Shown here one piece after another: positions 49,185 to 59,500 of a stretch of 64,000 nt of DNA. The notes beneath the pieces were generated by a model. That model was not told the DNA's origin. It made no database searches and saw only the letters and a program-made list of their open reading frames with translations. The first letter of the stretch is position 1; each line of letters opens with the position of its first letter. The position numbers were made by a program, and so were the translations under genes. Location of the stretch: positions 196,852 to 260,851 of the forward strand of contig CAZPHB010000001.1 in the NCBI GenBank assembly GCA_964586595.1, given 5' to 3'. Source of the DNA: an uncultured Flavobacteriaceae bacterium (GTDB taxonomy: Bacteria; Bacteroidota; Bacteroidia; NS11-12g; UBA955).

Positions 49185-49793
49185 ATGAAGCGACTCTTCT
49201 TATGCGCGGCAAGCTGTTTTTTTCTGACGCTGAACCTCATGGCACAACAGGAATTTCGCATGAACCTTTGGTCCGGATTGAATTTTTGTCAAATAGACGG
49301 CGACCAGGAAAGCGGATACAACAAATTGGGATATAGCGTTGGCGTAGAAGTTTGGCGTGGCTTCAACGATAAATTAAATTGGCATACCGGCGTTCAGTAT
49401 AGCCAACGGGGCAGCAAAAGTTACAACGACCCGGAACAGCCCAACCCCTTCCCTTTTCACTATGTGATGAACATGGTGGAAATACCTTTTTACGTTAGCG
49501 CAGCCACCAAGTGGAAGCATACCAGGGTCATTGCCGGGACTCAGGCAGGTTACCTCTTTGATGCCCGCGATAAATTGGGGAGCTATTCCCAGCTGCAGGG
49601 CGATCTCCGAACATTGCACCTTTCAGGCATGGCCGGAATACAGCATCAGTCAAAAAAACTGACCTTCCGCCTCAGCTTTCAGTACGGCCTCAATTCCATG
49701 CGGAAACCCGTTGTTTTGCGTTATTTCGTGCGAAACGGAGTATTCCACAACAATGTGCAATTCGCAGTGCTGCTGCCTTTAAACCGGCCTTAA
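49185..49793 (+). CDS. Outer-membrane beta-barrel protein (OmpA-like/porin-family small barrel). Start at MKRLFLCAA.
   Basis: Signal peptide MKRLFLCAASCFFLTLNLMAQ, about 200 aa with alternating hydrophobic strands, and C-terminal …FAVLLPLNRP. Confidence 0.5.
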   Translation: MKRLFLCAASCFFLTLNLMAQQEFRMNLWSGLNFCQIDGDQESGYNKLGYSVGVEVWRGFNDKLNWHTGVQYSQRGSKSYNDPEQPNPFPFHYVMNMVEIPFYVSAATKWKHTRVIAGTQAGYLFDARDKLGSYSQLQGDLRTLHLSGMAGIQHQSKKLTFRLSFQYGLNSMRKPVVLRYFVRNGVFHNNVQFAVLLPLNRP

Positions 49794-49799
49794 AACATC

Positions 49800-50312
49800 A
49801 TGAGCATCATACGCTTCCTTGTCCCAATCATGATCAGAATCTTACGCTTCCTTGTCATCATCGTTGCGATTGTTGCCATTGTGTACAAATTCAAAAGCAA
49901 CCGCACACCAGCACCTGCCCCACCGAATGCCGCAGATGTTCAAAACATCAAAATGCTCCTGCAGCAACAGCAACAGGACTGGAACAATGGAAACCTTGCT
50001 GGATTTATGGATGGTTACTGGCAGGATGACTCCATGCGATTCATCTCATCTAAAGGCACACGCTACGGTCATAACAACACGTTGAAAGCCTATCAGAAAC
50101 ATTATCCAACAAAAGCGGCCATGGGACAACTGAAGTTCGACCTTGAACATGTTGGGGCACTCGCCGAAGGTGCTTCATTGGCTATGGCCAGCGGGCGCTG
50201 GGAAATCACCGGAAGTCCCGAAGCCGGACGGGGTTACTTCTCTTTAATCCTGAAGCAATTCAACGGTAGCTGGAAAATCATTGCCGACCATACCTGGGCG
50301 GATGCTCCTTAG
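49800..50312 (+). CDS. NTF2-like / SnoaL-like (DUF4440-type) domain protein with an N-terminal membrane anchor.
   Basis: …GNLAGFMDGYWQDDSMRFISSKG…WKIIADHTW… is the NTF2-fold pattern. The N-terminus contains a 14-bp direct DNA repeat (tacgcttccttgtc ×2). Confidence 0.5.
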   Translation: MSIIRFLVPIMIRILRFLVIIVAIVAIVYKFKSNRTPAPAPPNAADVQNIKMLLQQQQQDWNNGNLAGFMDGYWQDDSMRFISSKGTRYGHNNTLKAYQKHYPTKAAMGQLKFDLEHVGALAEGASLAMASGRWEITGSPEAGRGYFSLILKQFNGSWKIIADHTWADAP

Positions 50313-50395
50313 ATTCAGATACGCCTTTCAAACACCTTCCGAGGCATCATTTCAAACCCTGAACAAGGTTTGCCTCATGCAGCTGTGCACGCTGA

Positions 50396-52153
50396 TTAGT
50401 TCAGGCTAAGGTCAAAAGGCATACGCATCTGCATGCCCTTCATTCGTTCGGCCTGCACGGCGCGTCTGTAAATTTCGTATTGCGCGCCAAGCGCCTCTTT
50501 CAGCGCGAGTTCCGAATCATTCAGACTTCCAAAAAACGATGAAAGTGAAAACTTCGGTTCGGGATAGGATACCACACGGTATTTGGAAATCTTTGCCTTG
50601 GCAGCCGCCATCTTGATGGCCTCCTGAAAACCGCCATGCACATCGGCAAGCTTTAGGTTCAGTGCATCAGTTCCGGGCCAAACTCGTCCCTGAGCAATGC
50701 TGTGCACATATATGCTGTCCAACCTACGTCCTTGCGCAACAATGCTCAAAAAATCCCCATAAATTCGATCTACGGCATGTTGAATGTAGGCGCTTTGCGC
50801 GGCATTCAACGGACGGTCGGGTCGCGTAAAATCACTATGCTCACCGGTTGGAACAGATTCATAATTCAATCCCAGATGAGTTTCAAACAACTTTTGGGTA
50901 TTGGGATATAATCCGAACACCCCAATGGAACCTGTGATGGTTTGAGGCAAACACAAAATGGTATCGGCCATACAGGCGATGTAGTACCCGCCTGAAGCAG
51001 CAACATCACCAAAACTGGCAATAATGGGCTTCACTTTGCGGGTAAGGGCAACTTCTCTGGCAATAATATCGGAAGCCAGGGAGCTGCCACCCGGGCTGTT
51101 GATGCGCAGCACAATGGCCTTCACCTGCTTGTCCTCACGCGCTTTGCGGATGGCGTCGGCCAGGGTTTTGCTATGTATTTGTTCGGGTTCGTTGTTGCTC
51201 CCGTATTGAATTTCGCCGCTGGCATAAACCACGGCAATCTTTTCCCGTGCGTATTCCTTTTCGGCTTTTGAAACTTCATGATAATCTGAAAAAGCCACCC
51301 AATTTTTCTGGGATGCTTCCTTCTGTCCAATACGTTGCGAAACCATGGTGTTAAACTGGTGGTAAGGCATTACGGCATCAATAAGTTTCAACTGTTTTGC
51401 CGCCATTGGGCCTTCCACCTTCAACTGATGCGCGTAATTCACCAGCAAGGATGAATCTATACCTCTGGATTTCGAAATATCCCGAATGAACACGGCGTAC
51501 ATGCTTTGCACCAGGTGTGCAACCTGTTCCCGATTTTCAGGACTGAGTTCCTTTTGCACATAAGGCTCTACCGCACCTTTATATTTTCCCGCCCGGAATA
51601 CCTGAAAGGAAATCCCCGCTTTATCCAGCAATCCTTTATACATCACCACACCGCCGGCAAAACCATCAAACATCATTTCACCCGAAGGATTCATCACCAC
51701 CAAATCACAGGCAGATGCAAGGTAATAGCCGATTTCTGTAAGGAAGTCGGCGTAGCAGTAAACAAACTTTCCGGATTTGCGGAATTGAAGGATTTTTGAA
51801 CGTACCTCAGCAACCGAAGCCATTCCGGATATGAGCTGCTCGGGCCGAATCACGATCCCCTTCACCCTGGAATCGGCAGCTGCCTGGTCCAGTGTTTGCA
51901 GGATGTCCAACAATCCCAGCGATTTCTGATCAGAAGCTGATGCTTTAAGCACCGCAAAGGGGTTGTATGGAGTTCGCTCCGGAAAGGCCATGGGTATTTT
52001 GAACTCCAAAACCGCGTTTTCCGGAACCTTCAATGCTTCTTTATCACCGGAGAATGCCATTCCCGCAACCGCCAGAAGCAACACAAAGAGCATCAAGCCC
52101 GTGAGCAGCATCCCAAGCATGGTTGCGAAAACAATCTTAAAAAACGACTTCAT
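50396..52153 (-). CDS. sppA: Signal peptide peptidase SppA, 67K type. The start may instead be 52186.
   Basis: Two tandem ClpP/crotonase-like S49 domains …IAREVALTRKVKPIIASFGDVAASGGYYIACMAD… and an N-terminal membrane anchor. Confidence 0.85.
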   Translation of the reverse strand: MKSFFKIVFATMLGMLLTGLMLFVLLLAVAGMAFSGDKEALKVPENAVLEFKIPMAFPERTPYNPFAVLKASASDQKSLGLLDILQTLDQAAADSRVKGIVIRPEQLISGMASVAEVRSKILQFRKSGKFVYCYADFLTEIGYYLASACDLVVMNPSGEMMFDGFAGGVVMYKGLLDKAGISFQVFRAGKYKGAVEPYVQKELSPENREQVAHLVQSMYAVFIRDISKSRGIDSSLLVNYAHQLKVEGPMAAKQLKLIDAVMPYHQFNTMVSQRIGQKEASQKNWVAFSDYHEVSKAEKEYAREKIAVVYASGEIQYGSNNEPEQIHSKTLADAIRKAREDKQVKAIVLRINSPGGSSLASDIIAREVALTRKVKPIIASFGDVAASGGYYIACMADTILCLPQTITGSIGVFGLYPNTQKLFETHLGLNYESVPTGEHSDFTRPDRPLNAAQSAYIQHAVDRIYGDFLSIVAQGRRLDSIYVHSIAQGRVWPGTDALNLKLADVHGGFQEAIKMAAAKAKISKYRVVSYPEPKFSLSSFFGSLNDSELALKEALGAQYEIYRRAVQAERMKGMQMRMPFDLSLN

Positions 52154-52262
52154 GAAGCCGCAAAATAGCACCTCTTTGGAAAGCACCGTGGTCAGATATC
52201 GACAAATTCGAGGATTCAGTCCCTAAACAAGCAAAGCCAGAATACAGTAATAACTTTGTGCT

Positions 52263-53306
52263 GTGAGTTTCCGCGCCCGAATACTACTCAACTTATTTTC
52301 GGCCTTATTGGGCTTGTTGTTGTTGAATTTCCTCTGGCATTACTGGACAAAAGAACCCTGGTTTCAAAACCAATACATCAATTTGGGTACCCTTTTGGCC
52401 GGCACATCATACCTAATCGCAGCGCTGGTTAGTGCCCGTTCCTTGTGGAAAACACTGAGCAAACTACATTCATATCTGTTGCAATTAGAAGTACGCCAAG
52501 ACCATGAAGCAGAAGTAAAACTGCCCGACAGTGCTCCGGAAGTGGTTAAAATTGAAGACACCCTTGAACGAATTCTGGAAAAAAGACGTGCCGAAACAGA
52601 ACGTCTGCGGCAATTAGAAGATTACCGAAAGGAATTTCTGGGAAATGTTTCGCACGAATTGAAAACACCTATTTTCAACATCCAGGGATACATTTCAACC
52701 CTGCTTGACGGCGGCCTCGAAGATTCGGCCATCAATAAGAACTTCCTTCAAAAAGCCGATAGGAACGTTGATCGATTAATTGGCATCGTTTCCGACCTCG
52801 AAACCATTACCCAATACGAAGCCGGCGAATTGGAATTGCAACGCAGCGAGTTTGACATCTCCGGACTGATGCGCGAAGTAGTGGAAAGCCTGGAATTTCA
52901 GGCAGGAAAAGAACGCATCAGTCTGCAGTTTCAAGATCCGGGGAAGGCTGTTACGGTTTGCGGAGACCTGTTCCGCATCAGGCAGGTTTTGACCAACCTG
53001 GGCACCAATTCCATACGCTACGGAAAAGAAAACGGCACCAGCCGCTTCCGGATTTTACCCATGGGAAATAAGGTGCGTGTGGAAGTGTCCGATACCGGCC
53101 TGGGCATCCCGGAAAAAGATCTGGGTCGGATTTTTGAACGCTTTTACCGCGTAGATAAAAGTCGATCGCGACATAAAGGGGGCAGTGGCCTTGGACTGGC
53201 CATTGTAAAACACATCATTGAAGCCCATGGAGAACAAATAGATGTGATGAGCACCGAGGGCGCAGGCAGCGTGTTTGGTTTCACCCTGCCTGCCGGCCCT
53301 TGTTGA
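52263..53306 (+). CDS. Sensor histidine kinase (two N-terminal TM helices, HisKA + HATPase_c). GTG start; a TAacTTTG box lies immediately upstream.
   Basis: H-box FLGNVSHELKTPI, N-box …LTNLGTNSIRYG…, G-boxes …DTGLGIP… and …GGSGLGLAIVK…. Confidence 0.88.
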   Translation: MSFRARILLNLFSALLGLLLLNFLWHYWTKEPWFQNQYINLGTLLAGTSYLIAALVSARSLWKTLSKLHSYLLQLEVRQDHEAEVKLPDSAPEVVKIEDTLERILEKRRAETERLRQLEDYRKEFLGNVSHELKTPIFNIQGYISTLLDGGLEDSAINKNFLQKADRNVDRLIGIVSDLETITQYEAGELELQRSEFDISGLMREVVESLEFQAGKERISLQFQDPGKAVTVCGDLFRIRQVLTNLGTNSIRYGKENGTSRFRILPMGNKVRVEVSDTGLGIPEKDLGRIFERFYRVDKSRSRHKGGSGLGLAIVKHIIEAHGEQIDVMSTEGAGSVFGFTLPAGPC

Positions 53307-53332
53307 TTTTATCTAACGTTCATCGAAAACTA

Positions 53333-53362
53333 TGGAAACTTTTGTTGCGATGAAAGTTTCCA
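53333..53362. promoter_or_regulatory. Perfect 10-bp inverted repeat TGGAAACTTT-N10-AAAGTTTCCA; candidate TetR operator 38 bp upstream of the TetR start.
   Basis: Read directly from the window: tggaaacttt tgttgcgatg aaagtttcca. Confidence 0.45.
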
Positions 53363-53399
53363 AGGTTTCCGTACAGTTATTTCGCAGGCGCATTTACCT

Positions 53400-53999
53400 G
53401 TGGAGGCCATCAGAAAAATATTAAGTACGGCAGAACGCATGTTTATGCGCTTTGGTATTCGCAGTGTTACGATGGACGACGTGGCGCGCGAGACCAGCAT
53501 CAGCAAAAAAACCTTGTACCGCTGTTTCCGCGACAAGAATGATTTGGTCCAAAAAACCATTGAACAACATCTGAAAGCCATCGAGGAAAAAATGGATGAG
53601 CTTGACCGTTTGGAAGGTGATGCTGTTTCAGCCACCATGGCTATTGCCAACTTCATTTGCAGCGACCATCGGGAATTGAACCCGGCGCTGATTTTTGACC
53701 TGAAGAAATATCATTCGGACAGCTACGCCATGTTCACCAGGCAACGTGATCAAATCATCAGCACCAGGGTTTTAGACAATTTACAGAAAGGGATAGAGGC
53801 CGGATTGTATCGCAAAGACATCCATCCGGAATTGATTTCCCGCTTCTACATCAACAGCGTGGGAAGCTTGTTTGATCCGGACAGCTTTCCCGGTATGGAA
53901 TTCGATTTTGTAAGCAGGTATCGCGAATTGATTCGCTACCACTTGCACGGCATCGTTACCCCTGAAGGAAAAAAATTACTCGACAACATTCAAATATGA
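53400..53999 (+). CDS. TetR/AcrR family transcriptional regulator.
   Basis: N-terminal HTH …RFGIRSVTMDDVARETSISKKTLYRCFRDKNDLV…. Confidence 0.88.
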   Translation: MEAIRKILSTAERMFMRFGIRSVTMDDVARETSISKKTLYRCFRDKNDLVQKTIEQHLKAIEEKMDELDRLEGDAVSATMAIANFICSDHRELNPALIFDLKKYHSDSYAMFTRQRDQIISTRVLDNLQKGIEAGLYRKDIHPELISRFYINSVGSLFDPDSFPGMEFDFVSRYRELIRYHLHGIVTPEGKKLLDNIQI

Positions 54000-55366
54000 A
54001 AGGCAAAATCCTTGTTTTCCTGGCAACAGTGCTAAGCCTGCAGGCTGCCAGGGCGCAATCAAACACCGATACCCTAAAGCTGACCATGCTCCAGGCCATT
54101 GACTTGGCGCTGAAAACCAGCAGGCAGGTGCAGAATGCTTCCGCCGATATTCGTTTGGCCCAACAAAAAGTACGGGAAATTCAAAGCATTGGGCTTCCTC
54201 AGGTAAATGCAACCGGTGGATTTACCCAGTACGTGCAGATTCCGGGCAGCTATGTACCCAACTTTACCGGTCAGGGCCCTGACTTTCTGTTCATCAAATT
54301 TCAGCAGAAATACACTTCAAACCTGAATATTCAGGCCAGCCAGTTGCTTTACGACGGCACGTATTTATTGGGTTTGCAGGCTGCCAAATCATTCGTGGAA
54401 ATCAGCCGCCTGCTTGAATCAAAAAGCGAATACGATTTGAGCTTTGCCGTTGCAAAATCTTATGCCCTCTGCCTGAACACTTCCAGAAACCTGGAACTGC
54501 TGGACCAAAACATGGCCACCCTGAAGAAAACGCTGGAGGAAGTGCGCGAAATATACAATGCCGGTTTCGCCGAAAAACTGGACGTTGACAGGCTAAGTCT
54601 GAGCCTCGCTTCGCTGGGTGTGCAACGTGACAAACTGCTTGCAGGCGTGGAAATGACCCAAAATGTGTTGAAACTAACCATCGGGTTGCATCCGGCCCAG
54701 CCACTCATGCTGACAGATAACCTTGAAGACCTGAGCAAAGAACTTCATGTGGTGCTGCCCATTGAACAAGGTATGAGCATTCCAAAACCAAACAACAGGA
54801 TCGAATACCAACTGTTGCAGCAAAACCTGAAAATGAATGCCTTCGATGAAAAACGCTATAAAGTTGGATACACCCCAAACCTGGTTGGCTTTATGGCCTA
54901 TCAGCGCACCACCAACCGCTCTGAGTTCAATTTCCTTGACGGCAACCTTCCCATCAACAACACCTGGGTTCCGGCAACGCTTTGGGGACTGAACCTGAAC
55001 GTGCCCATTTTCGACGGCTTCCGCAAACAAAGTCAGATCCGGCAGGTGCGCATCAACAGGGAAAAAACCCTGAACGACCTGATCAGCTTTGAACATGCAG
55101 CGGGGATGGAATACCTCAATGCGCGACAGGCGTACCTGAGCAGCCTGAAAGCTCTGGAACTGCAAGCCCAAAACAGCGCGCTGGCAGAAACCATTTACAA
55201 CAACGTAAACACCAAATTCAAAGAAGGTGTGGGCAGCACCATTGAAATCCTGTCTGCCGAGAATGAATTAAAAAGCGCCCGGGTGAATTACCTCGGCGCC
55301 TTATATGACCTCAGCATTGCCATCATGGACCTCAAAAAAGCCCTTGGCGAAAACATCACTCCATAA
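53996..55366 (+). CDS. TolC family outer-membrane efflux protein.
   Basis: Signal peptide and two tandem OEP repeats. The start overlaps the TetR stop (ATGA). Confidence 0.85.
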   Translation: MKGKILVFLATVLSLQAARAQSNTDTLKLTMLQAIDLALKTSRQVQNASADIRLAQQKVREIQSIGLPQVNATGGFTQYVQIPGSYVPNFTGQGPDFLFIKFQQKYTSNLNIQASQLLYDGTYLLGLQAAKSFVEISRLLESKSEYDLSFAVAKSYALCLNTSRNLELLDQNMATLKKTLEEVREIYNAGFAEKLDVDRLSLSLASLGVQRDKLLAGVEMTQNVLKLTIGLHPAQPLMLTDNLEDLSKELHVVLPIEQGMSIPKPNNRIEYQLLQQNLKMNAFDEKRYKVGYTPNLVGFMAYQRTTNRSEFNFLDGNLPINNTWVPATLWGLNLNVPIFDGFRKQSQIRQVRINREKTLNDLISFEHAAGMEYLNARQAYLSSLKALELQAQNSALAETIYNNVNTKFKEGVGSTIEILSAENELKSARVNYLGALYDLSIAIMDLKKALGENITP

Positions 55367-55378
55367 GACCATCATCAA

Positions 55379-56521
55379 ATGAAAAACCGCAATACGATCA
55401 TCCTCTCTATCCTGACCCTTGCAGTAAGTGCATGTGGTGGCAAAAAAGCCGGAAACCTGGAAGAGAAAAAAGGGGAATTGGCCTCGATCAGAAAAGAAAT
55501 TTCAAGCCTTCAGGAGCGTGCCCGCGCACTGGAAACAGAAATTGCAACGCTTGACACCACAGCCACCGATGGAAAACTGAAACTTGTTGAAGTACTCGAT
55601 ATAAAACCGGAGCTATTCCAAGGTTATGTGGAAGTTCAGGGAACAGTAGATGCTGAGCAAAGTACCATTGCCACCGCCCAAATGCCGGGTGTAATCACCC
55701 GTGTTGCCGCATCCGTTGGGCAACAGGTAAGCGCTGGTCAGGTTTTGGCAGAAATAGACAACTCTTTGATGAAGCAACAGGTGGCGCAGGCACAACAACA
55801 ACTCGACTTCCTCACAACCTTGTACCTCAAGCAAAAAAGCCTGTGGGAAAAAGGAATTGGAACAGAAGTGCAATACCTGTCAGCGAAGAACCAAAAGGAA
55901 GCCATGGAGAAAAACCTGGCTGCGGCAAAAGAACAGCTGAACATGACCTACATCAAATCACAAATCAGCGGAACCATTGAATCTGTGGATGTAAAAATTG
56001 GTCAAACGGCCGCTCCCGGTATGCCGCTGTTTCGTGTAGTGAACATGAGCGGCGTGAAAGTAGTGAGTTCCATCGCTGAAACATATGTTTCCAAAATCAA
56101 CAAAGGCGATGCTGTGAAGATTCACTTCCCGGACCTGAAAAAAGATAAAGTAGGATTTGTCTCTTTTGTGAGCCGTGTAATTGATCCCATGAACCGCTCC
56201 TTCCGTTGTGAGGCCAAACTGACTGATGTTACCGACCTCAGGCCAAACATGCTGGCCGTGGTAAAAGTTACCGATTACGAACAAAAAAATGCCATCGCTG
56301 TGCCCGTAAACGTGATTCAGAACACCGGCAGTGGCGCTGAACTTTTTGTGATAGAAAACCAAAAAGGCAATCAATGGACCGCAAAGCACCGCAGCGTGAA
56401 AATTGGACGCAATTCCGGTGAGAAGGTAGAGATACTGGAAGGTTTGAAGGCCGGTGACCGAATCATTACCAACGGCTTCCAGGGCTTGTCTGATGGCCAG
56501 TTAGTGCAGATTATCGAATGA
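55379..56521 (+). CDS. Efflux RND transporter periplasmic adaptor subunit (HlyD/MFP family lipoprotein).
   Basis: Lipobox …LAVSACGG, coiled-coil hairpin, lipoyl-like and beta-barrel domains. Confidence 0.9.
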   Translation: MKNRNTIILSILTLAVSACGGKKAGNLEEKKGELASIRKEISSLQERARALETEIATLDTTATDGKLKLVEVLDIKPELFQGYVEVQGTVDAEQSTIATAQMPGVITRVAASVGQQVSAGQVLAEIDNSLMKQQVAQAQQQLDFLTTLYLKQKSLWEKGIGTEVQYLSAKNQKEAMEKNLAAAKEQLNMTYIKSQISGTIESVDVKIGQTAAPGMPLFRVVNMSGVKVVSSIAETYVSKINKGDAVKIHFPDLKKDKVGFVSFVSRVIDPMNRSFRCEAKLTDVTDLRPNMLAVVKVTDYEQKNAIAVPVNVIQNTGSGAELFVIENQKGNQWTAKHRSVKIGRNSGEKVEILEGLKAGDRIITNGFQGLSDGQLVQIIE

Positions 56522-56534
56522 GGTCCACACAACC

Positions 56535-59500
56535 ATGAATCAGAAATTCAAAGAATTCAAACCCACCAGCTGGTCAATCGACAACAAGACCAGCATTTTC
56601 GTGGTGACCCTGATTGTTACCCTTACCGGCATCATCAGCTACATTGGCCTTCCCAAGGAGAAATTTCCGGATATCGTTATTCCCACCATCTATGTACAAA
56701 CCATTTATCCGGGTTCCGCGCCAAAAGACATAGAAAACCTGATTACCAAACCCATTGAAAAGAAAATCAAAGGCATCAATGGATTGAAAAAACTTACCAG
56801 TCAGAGTGTGCAGGATTTCAGCATCATCGTGGCTGAATTTCAAACAGATGTTTCGGTAGACCAGGCCAAGCAAAAAGTTAAAGATGAAGTTGACAAGGCA
56901 AGAAGCGAACTTCCGTCGGATCTGAAGCAGGAACCTACGGTACAGGAAATCAACTTCGCCGATTTACCCATCCTGAACATCAACATTGCCGGAGATTTTG
57001 AGTTGAATAAGCTCAAAGAATACGCCGAACAGGCCAAAGACCGTATTGAAAGCCTGAAAGAGATCACGCGTGTGGACATCATCGGTGCCCTGGAACGCGA
57101 AATTCAGGTGAATCTAGACCTCTACAAAATGGAGGCCGCGGGCATTGGCATGGACGACGCCATTCGCGCCATACAGTATGAAAACGTGCGCATCGCAGGT
57201 GGAAACATCGATGTGGCCAACATGAAACGAAGTTTGAGTGTGGTTGGAGAATTTAAAAATCCCGCCGACGTTCAGAACATCATCATCAGGGCACAATCGG
57301 GTGCTACCGTGTATCTTAGAGACATCGCAGAGGTAGCCGATGGTTTTAAAGAGAAAGAAAGTTATGCGCGTTTGGGCGGAAAGAACGTAATCACCCTGAA
57401 CGTCATCAAAAGAGCCGGGGAAAACCTGATTGATGCCAGCGATAAATGCCGCAACATCATGACAGAACTTGGGGAAACCTCCTATCCCAAGAACCTGAGT
57501 GTGGTGCTTACCGGCGACCAAAGCACGCAAACGCGAGTTACCCTGCATGACCTCATCAACACCATCATCATTGGCTTCATTCTGGTAACCATCATCCTGA
57601 TGTTCTTCATGGGTGCCACAAATGCCATTTTCGTTGGACTCTCCGTTCCACTGAGTATGTTCCTGGCCTTCATGGTGATGCCGGCATTGGGCTTCAGCCT
57701 CAACATGATTGTTTTGTTCAGCTTCCTGCTGGCACTTGGCATTGTGGTGGACGACGCCATTGTGGTGATTGAAAACACCCACCGCATTTTCGCAAACGGT
57801 AAAATGCCCATTGTGGATGCCGCAAAGAAAGCAGCCGGAGAAGTGTTCCTGCCTGTATTCAGTGGAACCATGACCACCCTTGCGCCTTTCGTGCCCCTCG
57901 CCTTCTGGCAGGGCATCATTGGAAAGTTTATGTACTTTTTACCGGTTACCCTGATCATTACGCTCTTGGCATCACTGTTGGTAGCGTACATCATCAACCC
58001 GGTTTTTGCAGTTCAGTTCATGAAGCCACATCATGCCGATGGAAATAAGGCCGGCAGAAAACGCATGTTCCGAAATGTGAGCATCATTGCCATTGGTGTG
58101 GCCGTAATTGCCTACGCCAGTGGGGCAGCAAATGGCTTTTGGGGCTCTACCGGTTTTGGTGTTGGCAACTTCGTGCTCCTGATGTACGGCATTTTTTCGC
58201 TCCATCACTTCTGGCTGGAACGTGTCATCCGTAATTTCCAGGAGCGCTCCTGGCCCAATTTTCAGCACAAATTCAAGATGCTGCTGATTTGGTGCCTCAA
58301 GGGCAGCCGCCCCATTTGGCTGCTGGTATTTACCATTGGTTTGTTCTTCTTCTCTATCGTACTCACCGCCATCAGAAAGCCCAATGTGCTCTTCTTCCCT
58401 GTTTCGGAACCCAACTTCGTGTACGTGTATCTGAATGTTCCGGTTGGAAGCACGCCTGCCTATACCGACAGCATTACCAAAATTGTTGAAAAACGGGTCT
58501 ATAACACCTTAGGTACCAAAAATCCCATCGTAGAAAGTGTTATCAGCAACGTAGCCGTGGGGGCCAATGACCCTCAAGGTGGTGACCGAACCGTGGCCTC
58601 ACACCGGGCAAAGGTGACCATTGCCTTTGTTGAGTTCAGCAAACGCAATGGCGCAAGCACTTCCGAATACCTGGAAAAGATCCGTAAATCACTGAAAGGC
58701 ATCGCCGGAACAGAGATTTCAGTAGAACAGGAACGCGCAGGACCGCCTACGGGAAAACCCATCAACATAGAAATAAGAGGTGATGCATTTGAAGAACTGG
58801 TGCGCACCGCAGGAGGCCTCAAGCGCTTCATCGAGGATAAAAAAATTGCCGGTGTCGAGGAGTTGAAATCAGACTTCGTTTCCAGCAAACCCGAAATTGT
58901 GGTGAATATTGACCGAGAGCGCGCCAACCGGCAAGGAATCAGCACCGGGCAGATTGGCATGGCACTGCGCAACAGCATCTATGGTGCTGAAGCAAGCAAA
59001 TTCCGCGACAACAATGACGATTATCCCATTCAGGTTCGCATCAAAGCAGATCAGCGAAACGACGTGAATGCGCTGATGAACATGAAAATTGGCTACCGCG
59101 ACATGAACATGGGCGGCGTATTTCGTCAGGTTCCTTTGTCGGCAGTAGCTGATATATCCTACACCAATACCTTTGGAGGCATCAACCGTATCAACCAAAA
59201 AAGGGTGATTGTTTTGGGGTCCAACCTGTTGAGTGGTTACAGCCCCAATGAAGTCATTCCACAGATTCAGCAGGCGGTAAAAGAGTTCAGCGTTCCTTCC
59301 GGCATTGAGGTAGCCTTAACCGGTGAACAGGAACAACAAGCCGAAACACAGTCGTTCCTGGGCAAAGCCATGGGTATTTCGCTGGCCATCATCCTGTTGA
59401 TTCTGGTGACCCAGTTCAACAGCATCAGCAAACCAATCCTTATTCTTTCTGAAATTATCTTCTCCATTATCGGCGTATTGTTGGGTTTGAGCATCTTCAA

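Noticed and set aside
53330-53656. 108-aa minus-strand ORF overlapping the TetR gene start and the inverted repeat
   Set aside because: It is antisense to a well-supported TetR gene and has no motifs. Its 5' end coincides with the palindrome, which is better explained as an operator.
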